IMG/VR virus record: IMGVR_UViG_3300008267_012518
Source: a virus
Strand: one strand, 5' to 3'
DNA length: 64,000 nt
Below the pieces are notes generated by a model. That model was not told where the DNA came from. It did not search any database and was given only the letters and a program-made list of their open reading frames with translations. How positions within the stretch are numbered: position 1 is the stretch's first letter; every line of letters begins with the position of its first letter. Made by a program: the position numbers and the translations under genes. Below are positions 28,305-37,028 of the stretch, piece after piece.

Positions 28305-29203
28305 TATTTCTTATTTTTAATCATTGTTTGAAGTATACTCAAAGCCCTAGCTTCTGTAGTCCCATATTTTAGTAGCCATTCCCTCTGAGCGAATAAAAGA
28401 TCCACATATTCCTGTGTTGGGTTACCATCTTTAACCAATCTATTTATCGTGGATGTGAGTTCGTCAGGACTCGAGTATGATATACAAGGTAAATTTTGAG
28501 GAGCACACAAAGGTGGTTTTTTATCATAATCCCTGAATAGTAATAAAGCACCCGAGGCCATAATTTCATAATGTCTAAGACTATCCCACCCACCTTTCTT
28601 TGATGTAAGTCCAAAAAAAGACCTTGACATATCATCAAAATAATCTTCCTCGCTCTGAAATATGTGGTGAAATCTAGTTCCCAAATCAGTCGCTGGTTGA
28701 AATACTGAATGATAAGGTGTTGTCTTCTGATGAAATTGTTGTTTATTATTTAGATTAATGGGTCTAATTTGATAGTGGGGTATGCCAAAACCAGTCGGAT
28801 AAACATCATCATCTTCTGAAAACAATTCTCTTTTGAAGCAGGGTTTTCTTCTTATTCTTTCATCATCATGTCCATCTAAATACCAAACATTTGGAGTTAA
28901 TTTATTAATTTCAGGATATTCACTAATACCATATGCGTCAGTCACACCATATAGAACAAAATCGACGTTGTCGATATTTCTAAGGGAGTCGTCGATCTCC
29001 ATAATAGATCTCGTATAAAGTGTAAATCCCGAACCATGAAGTTCCCTCTGTGGAGTTTCTGAAAAATCTCTGTACATAACTTTTTTCTTTGGTAAATCAA
29101 CACAAGAATCACCAAGTATTGATCTGAGACCATTGAGAATCATGACCTCTTGAAAGTCACCTTGTACTCTTGGATTTACTGTTGTTAAATATAAAATTTT
29201 CAT
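28304..29203 (-). CDS. Putative glycosyltransferase
   Basis: KKGGWDSLRHYEIMASGALL GT-B-like C-terminus. Confidence 0.55.
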   Translation of the reverse strand: MKILYLTTVNPRVQGDFQEVMILNGLRSILGDSCVDLPKKKVMYRDFSETPQRELHGSGFTLYTRSIMEIDDSLRNIDNVDFVLYGVTDAYGISEYPEINKLTPNVWYLDGHDDERIRRKPCFKRELFSEDDDVYPTGFGIPHYQIRPINLNNKQQFHQKTTPYHSVFQPATDLGTRFHHIFQSEEDYFDDMSRSFFGLTSKKGGWDSLRHYEIMASGALLLFRDYDKKPPLCAPQNLPCISYSSPDELTSTINRLVKDGNPTQEYVDLLFAQREWLLKYGTTEARALSILQTMIKNKK

Positions 29204-29991
29204 ATCTTAAATTTTTTTTGATCGATTATTTGCTCTTTAATTGATTTTATTGTATATTCGGATTCAAAAATAGTTTTTAAATTCCTCTTACATGATTTCA
29301 CATCATCATATTGATTTATCGATAAGTTAAGATCGTAGACATCATTCAATATATGAAGTAAATCAAACTTACTTAAATCTTCCGAAAAAAAATGTCTAGA
29401 GCCGATCCAATATTTTTTATTATCCACTACCCACTCTATAAATTTAGATAATTCTAAACAAGTGACACCATTCCAAATATGGTTCTCATACCCATTTACC
29501 TCATTCCCTTTGTTTGATTTCGCCCACTCAATAAGTGACAGTTTGTTTTTAATTTCCTCACCAATTATTGAGGTTCTTATTGAACAGTGTTCTCCCTCCC
29601 CGAGAGATTTTGATCTACCATAATCATCTTCAGCGTCATGTGGGTGATTCTCATCATAAAATCCTTTATTACCATTAAAAACACAATCTGTAGTTATATG
29701 TATAAAATTACAATTCAATTTTTTGGATATTTTATTTAAAATGTGGGGGAGTAAAGAATTTATCCTTATAGCTTCAAATTTATTGAAATTGCGTTGTTTT
29801 ATAATTCCTATACAATTGACAATCACATCTTGTTCCCCAATATCGATACCTTCAAAAAATTTGATTATTTCAGATTCTTCGGAAATAAAGTCAATATCTT
29901 TCCTAGTAATCTGCAATACTTTATTTTTCAATAATAAATATTTTGATAAATATGTACCCAACATACCATCACCTAATATAATATATTTCAT
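29200..29991 (-). CDS. RmlD-like nucleotide-sugar 4-reductase
   Basis: ILGDGMLG, VNCIG, HITTDCVFNG, YGRSKSLGE, RTSIIG. Confidence 0.85.
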   Translation of the reverse strand: MKYIILGDGMLGTYLSKYLLLKNKVLQITRKDIDFISEESEIIKFFEGIDIGEQDVIVNCIGIIKQRNFNKFEAIRINSLLPHILNKISKKLNCNFIHITTDCVFNGNKGFYDENHPHDAEDDYGRSKSLGEGEHCSIRTSIIGEEIKNKLSLIEWAKSNKGNEVNGYENHIWNGVTCLELSKFIEWVVDNKKYWIGSRHFFSEDLSKFDLLHILNDVYDLNLSINQYDDVKSCKRNLKTIFESEYTIKSIKEQIIDQKKFKI

Positions 29992-30926
29992 GGTCTATAA
30001 AAATCTTTTTCTTTAAGAAATTTAAATAGTTCCTCTTTTGATAACATGAAGTCTTTTGACGAGTATTGATCGTTTTTGAAATTTAACTCATTGAATTCCT
30101 TACCAGGACACATTAAAAAAATATCACGTTCTTTTATGTACTCCATCCTCCTTATCTCTTCACTAGAAGCCATGATTTCGTGAATTTTCTCTCCAATTCT
30201 TGGCTCACCAATATCAAACTTCAATCCAAATTGATCAACATAAATTTCACATAGATCTAGTACGGAGAAAGATTTCGCATTTGGTATAACATTTACACCG
30301 TTATAATCCAAAGATTCTTTTATCAAAGAAATTGCGCTTTCGACAGTGAGTAAAAATCGTGTCATGTTTTTACCATAGAGGGTTAGTTTCCTATTCTCTT
30401 TAATAAATTCAAATATAAGAGGTATAATACTACCAGTTGAATTCATAACATTACCATACACTGCGGTTGATAAATTTATATCACCATTTGAGTGGGATAT
30501 AAATGACTCACCAGCGACATATTTCATAGACCCATATATTGTTGTAGCAGCTCTAGATTTATCCGTAGAAATGAAACAAGCGGATTTAAATCCATTTTCC
30601 TCAGCAACCCTCCGAGAGTTAAAAGATCCATCTATAATGACTTTACTAGCCTCTTCAAAATTGGTATCACAAGCATCAATTTGTTTTAATGAAGCCGCAA
30701 AAATACCAATTGTGTGGTTTGTAGATTTCCTTTTCATCAAATCATAATTTCTGATATCACCAATAGCAAAATTAACTCTTGGATATTTTTTCTTTAAAAA
30801 ATAATGTTTGGATTCATCTCTAGAATAAACTGTTATTTCATTATCCTCATATAAATCTTTGATGAGGTTTTTTCCTAGAAAACCAGCACCACCAGTTATG
30901 AATATTTTTTCGTTTTTTAAATCCAT
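29988..30926 (-). CDS. CapD/FnlA/PseB-like UDP-GlcNAc 4,6-dehydratase
   Basis: ITGGAGFLG, SRDESKH, GDIRN, AASLKQ, STDKS, YGSMK, YGNVMNSTGSIIP, MTRF, GEKIHE. Confidence 0.85.
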   Translation of the reverse strand: MDLKNEKIFITGGAGFLGKNLIKDLYEDNEITVYSRDESKHYFLKKKYPRVNFAIGDIRNYDLMKRKSTNHTIGIFAASLKQIDACDTNFEEASKVIIDGSFNSRRVAEENGFKSACFISTDKSRAATTIYGSMKYVAGESFISHSNGDINLSTAVYGNVMNSTGSIIPLIFEFIKENRKLTLYGKNMTRFLLTVESAISLIKESLDYNGVNVIPNAKSFSVLDLCEIYVDQFGLKFDIGEPRIGEKIHEIMASSEEIRRMEYIKERDIFLMCPGKEFNELNFKNDQYSSKDFMLSKEELFKFLKEKDFYRP

Positions 30927-31675
30927 TAGATACTTGTGACTTTTCTGTATTCGTTACCGTTGTTATCCACAAACCAATGAGTTCTCGACAAAGAACCCCT
31001 TTCCCTGAAAAAAATATTGACTTTAGACTTGTCCCATCCAGTCCAGGTGTCTGAGATATCTGGTCTAGAAGGTCCTAATTTACCTTCATATTTTTCATAT
31101 GATTCTTCCGTAATAACTCTTTTGATTTCATCGTTGGTCACCTGCCATTTGGATTGGAAAAACGGTTCTGATTTCTCAAGTCTACGACCATCGATTGGTT
31201 GTAAGGGTGTCTTCCAACTCATATCATATTGACCTTCTAGTGACTCATAATAAGATAAATTCGCCATCCTCAACCTTAAAACAAAATCATCATCATCATA
31301 CCCACCACCATAATATCTTTCATCCCACCATCCAATTTTTCTAATTACTTCTTTAGACATAGCCATAAAAGCCACACTATATTTGGCGGATACAGCAAAT
31401 CCATTCTCCAACATTTCTAACATTTGGAGAACCTCATATGGCTTAGGGTGACATCTATCATTTATAAAAACTACTATCTCAGTGGGTGATGAAATTATAT
31501 CATCATTGATCATCTCAGAAAACGAATCATATGTATCTGGATGCCTTTCAATTCTTAAATTCCAGTGTACCTTAAATATTTGTTCAAGCGGCTTTAATAA
31601 ATTAATTTGATGATTTACTACATCCATTGAACAACCACAATGTAGACAAATTGTAATTTCTTTAATTTTTTCCAT
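30926..31675 (-). CDS. Glycosyltransferase family 2-like
   Basis: FINDR, IGWWDERYYGGGYDDDDFVLR. Confidence 0.7.
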   Translation of the reverse strand: MEKIKEITICLHCGCSMDVVNHQINLLKPLEQIFKVHWNLRIERHPDTYDSFSEMINDDIISSPTEIVVFINDRCHPKPYEVLQMLEMLENGFAVSAKYSVAFMAMSKEVIRKIGWWDERYYGGGYDDDDFVLRLRMANLSYYESLEGQYDMSWKTPLQPIDGRRLEKSEPFFQSKWQVTNDEIKRVITEESYEKYEGKLGPSRPDISDTWTGWDKSKVNIFFRERGSLSRTHWFVDNNGNEYRKVTSI

Positions 31676-31690
31676 AAAAATTTTTATTTT

Positions 31691-32335
31691 TTAAGATTCG
31701 TATCTACAATCCAGTAAAAAAAGTTTCTTACCACCCTTACATCTTATGTAAGCATTTGGATATGGAGAATTTAAACATCTTACTTTATTGTATAAGTACA
31801 CGGGGTCATTGTTGATTATTTCATCTAAAGTAATCTCACTTTCCAAAGACGTTCTTCTCTTGTACGTAGTTGAATTTGAATTATCTTGTTTAATTCTGAT
31901 AACTTGCAAATTTTCGAAATTTTCAATAATATATTTTATTCCATTAACCCCCAGATCTATTATTCTTCTAAATATATCTATCAAACTACCATCCAGAGAA
32001 AAATAAGACTGATATAGAATATCACCCGTATCCAAACCTTCATCCATAATGAAAAAAGTTACAGCACTTTCCGTCTCTCCTTGTAAAATTTGATGTTGTA
32101 TAGGACTACCACCTCTATATTTGGGTAAAGGTGAGGGGTGGAGACAAATACATCTGAAGTCTTTAATTATTCTGTCTGGAACTATTTCACTCCAACCTAA
32201 AAAAAACACAAGTGATGGATTTATTGAATAAAGTAAATCATAATCACCGTGATTTAATAAGTATTTTTCTTTTGGAACAATTTGTGAAAATATCTCAATT
32301 GACCAATCTCTATATCCAAAAAATACTATTTTCAT
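31691..32335 (-). CDS. N10-formyl-THF-dependent formyltransferase (sugar-type)
   Basis: HPSPLPKYRGGSP, GLDTGDI; short, in glycan locus. Confidence 0.8.
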   Translation of the reverse strand: MKIVFFGYRDWSIEIFSQIVPKEKYLLNHGDYDLLYSINPSLVFFLGWSEIVPDRIIKDFRCICLHPSPLPKYRGGSPIQHQILQGETESAVTFFIMDEGLDTGDILYQSYFSLDGSLIDIFRRIIDLGVNGIKYIIENFENLQVIRIKQDNSNSTTYKRRTSLESEITLDEIINNDPVYLYNKVRCLNSPYPNAYIRCKGGKKLFLLDCRYES

Positions 32336-33228
32336 GGGAGTGGTACTTTTTGGGGAGAATCATATCTAGGCATATCCAAAAAATCCACAACATCAAGCTC
32401 GGTTAAAGTCATCTGATTGACAGTGTATGATAATATACAATCGATTTCTCCCATAAAACTCTTTATACTATCATTGTACCCACCATTTGGATACGAGAAA
32501 TAAAATTTATCCGAAAACCTAGACACGAAATCTTTTGATTTTTTCAAATCTAAAAATGGATCTGGTAGAGATAATAGATTCTCCGAAACGTAACCATGTC
32601 CACCTATTATCATACCGTTGTTCGACATCTCTTCTATTTGTTCAACCGTTAAATAGAGGTCTTTAGAAAATCCCTCTTCGTCTTGTGTAATTAATTTTTC
32701 AAATAAAGAATCTAAATAATCAAAATTTTCATACATCCTTAAAAAATTGGTAACAAAAATCATTTCCTTACTCCACCAATTATTTTTCCACTTTGTTTGA
32801 GAGTATTTATTCCAAATTGAACCATCATCACCAAAATCTGATAATATTTTATCAACTATAATTTTCTCTCCTACTTTAGCAAGTATAAATTGTATTTTGT
32901 GAGAATACATGACTTTTTCCTCTACTATTGGTCTAGCTGGGACAAAAAAAGAACCTTTAAGTCTTTTAGATTTTAGAATCTGGTAAACATAAAAATGATC
33001 TGACAGACCATCATCAAAAGTGAGAGTCGCGTAGTTTTTTTTTGATCTGTTCAAATCCAAGTATAATAATTCCTCTGTACTTACAATTTCGTAATTTTTA
33101 TTAATCCAATCCAATTGGTATTCAAATTGTTTCTTAGATAGAAAGGACTTTAGTGTGTATCTCCTAGGAAATTCTGTATCTTCTAAGTTTCTAACATCAT
33201 GAAACATAAATGACCTAACAGTACCCAT
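32332..33228 (-). CDS. Polysaccharide deacetylase (CE4/NodB); start reassigned to 33228
   Basis: MFHDV, LTFDDGLSDH, IGGHG, FSYPNG; ATG 33228 follows the upstream stop at 33230. Confidence 0.85.
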   Translation of the reverse strand: MGTVRSFMFHDVRNLEDTEFPRRYTLKSFLSKKQFEYQLDWINKNYEIVSTEELLYLDLNRSKKNYATLTFDDGLSDHFYVYQILKSKRLKGSFFVPARPIVEEKVMYSHKIQFILAKVGEKIIVDKILSDFGDDGSIWNKYSQTKWKNNWWSKEMIFVTNFLRMYENFDYLDSLFEKLITQDEEGFSKDLYLTVEQIEEMSNNGMIIGGHGYVSENLLSLPDPFLDLKKSKDFVSRFSDKFYFSYPNGGYNDSIKSFMGEIDCILSYTVNQMTLTELDVVDFLDMPRYDSPQKVPLP

Positions 33229-33229
33229 A

Positions 33230-34003
33230 TCATGAAAATAAATTAGTTTGTATCCACTCGGATCTCCAAGGTTGACCACCAGCAAAATGTCTAATTATAA
33301 CATTTTCCTTTTTAGATTTATTTATATTAAATTGGCCTCCAGTTTCTCCCTCAAGTTCTGTAACATTCCAATCAGCTGATAGAATTTCAACATTTTCGTA
33401 GAGATCTTCAAGTGAGTAGTAAGTATCTTCATTTTTGTCACTATGCCAACCGTAGTTCGGTAGTTCGGTAAATGGCATCCAACTGTGTCTTTTAACACCA
33501 GATAAGGAATACCAAGAAGCTTGCTCTCTAAACTCATGCCAAAAAGAACTGAAATGACCAAAAGCCTCATGTTGAGTAACTCTATCATTTAGCTTTTGAT
33601 ATCTATCTTCATCTAAGATTAAATCAATCAATTTTCTCGACCAATCATTTACCTTTATACTATAACTGCCCATACAATGGGTGTTACCGGAGTCAATAGA
33701 ATATGAAAACGACTTATTAGTTTTATATTCCTTTTCAAAATCAACAATCACCATATCAGCATCAAGATGTGTGAAAATATCCCCATCTTGGATCCTACCA
33801 TCTTTCAACATGTCTCTGAGTATGGTAAACTTCCACCAAGTAGGGTTGTTCCTATAAATTGGTAGATCTACATCATTTTTGATTTCAATATACTCAAATC
33901 CCCACTTTTCACAATACTTTTTGTTTAGAGGGGAAATCAAATTTTCAAAAAAATTTTGTCGTTGATCTTTATACCGAGCTATTACTAATAAATATTTTTT
34001 CAT
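33230..34003 (-). CDS. Glycosyltransferase, GT34/MNN10-like
   Basis: KKYCEKWGFEY, PTWWK, HLDAD (DxD), EQA. Confidence 0.6.
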   Translation of the reverse strand: MKKYLLVIARYKDQRQNFFENLISPLNKKYCEKWGFEYIEIKNDVDLPIYRNNPTWWKFTILRDMLKDGRIQDGDIFTHLDADMVIVDFEKEYKTNKSFSYSIDSGNTHCMGSYSIKVNDWSRKLIDLILDEDRYQKLNDRVTQHEAFGHFSSFWHEFREQASWYSLSGVKRHSWMPFTELPNYGWHSDKNEDTYYSLEDLYENVEILSADWNVTELEGETGGQFNINKSKKENVIIRHFAGGQPWRSEWIQTNLFS

Positions 34004-35490
34004 ATCATTTTTAAAATTATTTTGGAGACCGATTCCAATTTAAAGAATTTTTCGTAATATTCTATACACCTTTGACTCATAAGTTTAATTTTATCCTCAT
34101 CAAAAGAGTTTAATATATTTTTAATATTTCCTATTTCAGATTGATGAATCGATATAGAAAACTCAGACCAATCCACCGTTTCCTTAAATGGTCGCCAATC
34201 ATCATCGTAAATATAAATAGGTATACTACCAACTTGCATACACTCAAACATACGGAAAGATGTTTTACCATATCCCCTAGGACAAAGGGTGAATTTACTT
34301 TTTGAACTAGTTTCCAAAAAGTGTAACATATTTTCTTCTGTCACTTTATTTTTCCAACTATCATAAGATAAGTAAAATTTAGGATCATTAGACAAAAAAT
34401 CAACCATTTGTTTCCTTATCGGATGAGTAATTGAACCCACAAAAGAACAGAATATTGTTTTATCTGTTTGTTTGTAAACTTCAACATTAGGTATGGAAGA
34501 ACAAATTAGTGGTAATGGAATTCCACCCATGTTACCACCCGAACAGAATTTCTTAGTATTTGGTGGTAGATATTCTTTTATAGCATCATCGTGTTGACTA
34601 ACTGTAAAATAATATTTCGATTTATCTAAACTCAATAGTTTTTCTTGCAAAAGAACCAAATTAGAATTTTGAATGTAACAAGTCGTCCAACTTACTGGAA
34701 TGAAGAAAACTTCTTTCACCATTTTGTTAGTTTTAAAATACTCAAAGAAATAATCTTCTAGGTATTTACCAGTGTGGTAAGGTGGATAAACAGGATACGT
34801 TGGTTCAGGTCTGAATTCTTTAAAATAATCATTGAGAAAATTTTGATAATTATTTAAGTTATTCTTTACTAACCTTTTCAAATCCATCTTTTGTCTAACA
34901 AAATCTAAAAGTAACTTCTTATTTTGCAAACCCTCTGTCCAATTTGCATGATGCATCAAAATATCATCAGGTATTTCAAAATTTTGATTTTTCCATTGTG
35001 TCTGATAAGCACCAAATGTCCAAAATTTGGAAGACAGAGGTTTGAATTTTACATGATTTAAATTCATATTCAAAGCATGTTGGTCTTCTAAATAAGTAGA
35101 TTCATTTTTCTTCATGTTTTGAAACATTTTCAGTGTTCTTTCATTTCCTCTACAAACAAAAAAACCAGAACACATTCCACCTAAATAATCGTTTTGGAAA
35201 GCGATATCATAATCACCGAGTTCCTCTAATAAAGTTTGTTTAATTGGTCCAAAAAATTGTATATCTACATCAGAATACAAAAAAATATCATTTTGATTTT
35301 CTTCACAAGCTTTTATAAAAATATCAACTTTTTTCATAGTTGTATTTTTCCAACCATCTTGGTAATAACTACCAGTCTTACATTCTTGTTCACCCTTGAA
35401 CGCAACAATTTCAAATCCCTCTAATGTTTTGCTAAAATAGCCATCATAAAAATTTTTGTGACTATCAGTGTAATAAGTATAAACTTTCAT
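34000..35490 (-). CDS. Fusion: nucleotide-diphospho-sugar transferase (GT77-like) + exostosin (GT47-like)
   Basis: N: YSDVDI, CSGFF, DQHALN, HHANW; C: FVGS, SKFTLCPRGYG, RMFECMQVGSIPI. Confidence 0.75.
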   Translation of the reverse strand: MKVYTYYTDSHKNFYDGYFSKTLEGFEIVAFKGEQECKTGSYYQDGWKNTTMKKVDIFIKACEENQNDIFLYSDVDIQFFGPIKQTLLEELGDYDIAFQNDYLGGMCSGFFVCRGNERTLKMFQNMKKNESTYLEDQHALNMNLNHVKFKPLSSKFWTFGAYQTQWKNQNFEIPDDILMHHANWTEGLQNKKLLLDFVRQKMDLKRLVKNNLNNYQNFLNDYFKEFRPEPTYPVYPPYHTGKYLEDYFFEYFKTNKMVKEVFFIPVSWTTCYIQNSNLVLLQEKLLSLDKSKYYFTVSQHDDAIKEYLPPNTKKFCSGGNMGGIPLPLICSSIPNVEVYKQTDKTIFCSFVGSITHPIRKQMVDFLSNDPKFYLSYDSWKNKVTEENMLHFLETSSKSKFTLCPRGYGKTSFRMFECMQVGSIPIYIYDDDWRPFKETVDWSEFSISIHQSEIGNIKNILNSFDEDKIKLMSQRCIEYYEKFFKLESVSKIILKMI

Positions 35491-35505
35491 AAAATAATTT
35501 AATTT

Positions 35506-36336
35506 TTACCAATAACAACCACCCTCTACCAAATTACCTCTCAGTGGTTTTTCATCTTGGTCTGGTCTTGTCCAATATTCGTTCATTTCTGATTTAATTT
35601 CATCTCCCTCCCATCTCTTACCAATGATTCCAAAATATAATTGTAATCCTCCGCCGACATAAATAGCGCTTTTATTTAGTTGAGTTTTTATAAAGTCTGT
35701 CAGTGGTAATCCATAAGAACCACACCCAAGAAGTGCAATATCAAAATCTATTTTGGTGATGTCATCACACATTTTATTGAAAGATTCGAACCAATCTTTA
35801 TGTGGTCCTATACCACCTATTGATTGTACCGATTGATAGACTATCCAATCTGCTTCGGGTAAAATATTTTGATTTTTCCAAATTTTTGTTCTATTGATGA
35901 GCTGTTTGTCTATTGTATTCTTGAAAGGATTTATTATGAGGACTTTCTTTTTTTTCAAAAATTCAGTCCAAGGTTCTTTAAATCTAAATGCTTCGAGGGC
36001 GGAAATATCTATAAGTTCTTTGTCTTCTTTAACAAGGAAATCTTCCATCTCAATAAATCCTGGGAAATTCCAATAGGATACACAGTCTGAGTTATCAAGT
36101 GATGCTTTGTATTTAGTTGCGTAATTAAAAAAATCATCAGTCCCATAAAAACCAGCGTTTGTATAAAACCAATTTTTGATGTTATCTGGAATAAATTGAT
36201 TTGATAGTGTCAGTGCCGAAACAGCAGTTTCGCCACCCAAACCAACTCTGGTAATTGAAAATGGTTTATTAGAATTAATCAATTCTTTTATTTTTGAATT
36301 ACTATCTGCGGGCGAAAGTCTTTTATCTACTCTCAT
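35506..36336 (-). CDS. Glycan-locus protein, GT-D/DUF1792-like
   Basis: LIINPF, FDIALLGCGSYGLPL, AIYVGGGLQLYFGIIGKRW. Confidence 0.5.
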   Translation of the reverse strand: MRVDKRLSPADSNSKIKELINSNKPFSITRVGLGGETAVSALTLSNQFIPDNIKNWFYTNAGFYGTDDFFNYATKYKASLDNSDCVSYWNFPGFIEMEDFLVKEDKELIDISALEAFRFKEPWTEFLKKKKVLIINPFKNTIDKQLINRTKIWKNQNILPEADWIVYQSVQSIGGIGPHKDWFESFNKMCDDITKIDFDIALLGCGSYGLPLTDFIKTQLNKSAIYVGGGLQLYFGIIGKRWEGDEIKSEMNEYWTRPDQDEKPLRGNLVEGGCYW

Positions 36337-37025
36337 TAGAAATGTGGGATTGTTTTTATTTCACTTTTTGAATTAATTTCATCAGTCGGTGTAATCAATA
36401 AGTAAGGACCTGGTACTAAATCCATATGGTTATATGTTCTGTAGTTTGTTTGATGTAAATGTTTTATAATAACGGATTTACTTGGATTACGAACATCATA
36501 ACCCAATTCATGATAAATTTGTGAAATTCTGTTATCACATCCTGGTTTACCCATCAAAAATTTTGATCTTTTATCAAGTTGGACTGGTGACTTAAAAATC
36601 CAAGTATCTTGTGACATTTGACCAGTTGTAATGTTATCTCTCCAAATATGGTCATAATACTCAATCATCCATTTATCCGCAACTTTGAAAACATCCCATC
36701 TAGTTAAAGCTAAAAAAAGTTTATCAAAATCTATATTTTTTAAATATTGCAAAGTTTCATCAAAAAATATATCAGTATTGGCTATAATATTTACTTGGTG
36801 ATTTAGATTTTTATTGGAATACTCAATTAAATCATAAAATGTTGGTCTATTATCAATATTAATAATTTTTACTTTTGGGTGAGAAATAGATAATTCGGAA
36901 TTGTCAGAAATAAAAACAAAAATATTCTCTATTAAAATATTTTGTATGTTCTGGTTGATGCAAGTCAAATATTCATAATCTCGTTCTTGATTAGAAGATT
37001 TGAAATATTCAATGAGTAAATTCAT
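36336..37025 (-). CDS. Putative glycosyltransferase (GT-A-like)
   Basis: IIANTDIFFD, LALTRWD, SQDTWIF, GKPGCDNRI. Confidence 0.5.
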   Translation of the reverse strand: MNLLIEYFKSSNQERDYEYLTCINQNIQNILIENIFVFISDNSELSISHPKVKIINIDNRPTFYDLIEYSNKNLNHQVNIIANTDIFFDETLQYLKNIDFDKLFLALTRWDVFKVADKWMIEYYDHIWRDNITTGQMSQDTWIFKSPVQLDKRSKFLMGKPGCDNRISQIYHELGYDVRNPSKSVIIKHLHQTNYRTYNHMDLVPGPYLLITPTDEINSKSEIKTIPHF

Positions 37026-37028
37026 AGA

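Noticed and set aside
31691-32335. Methionyl-tRNA formyltransferase (fmt)
   Set aside because: Only 214 aa, lacks most of the C-terminal tRNA-binding domain and sits among sugar genes
12758-37025. Bacterial LPS/capsule locus or NCLDV origin for the window
   Set aside because: Flanked by gp32-, gp3- and gp14-like genes; shares promoter motifs with them; bacterial-type sigma factor; no exporter or housekeeping genes
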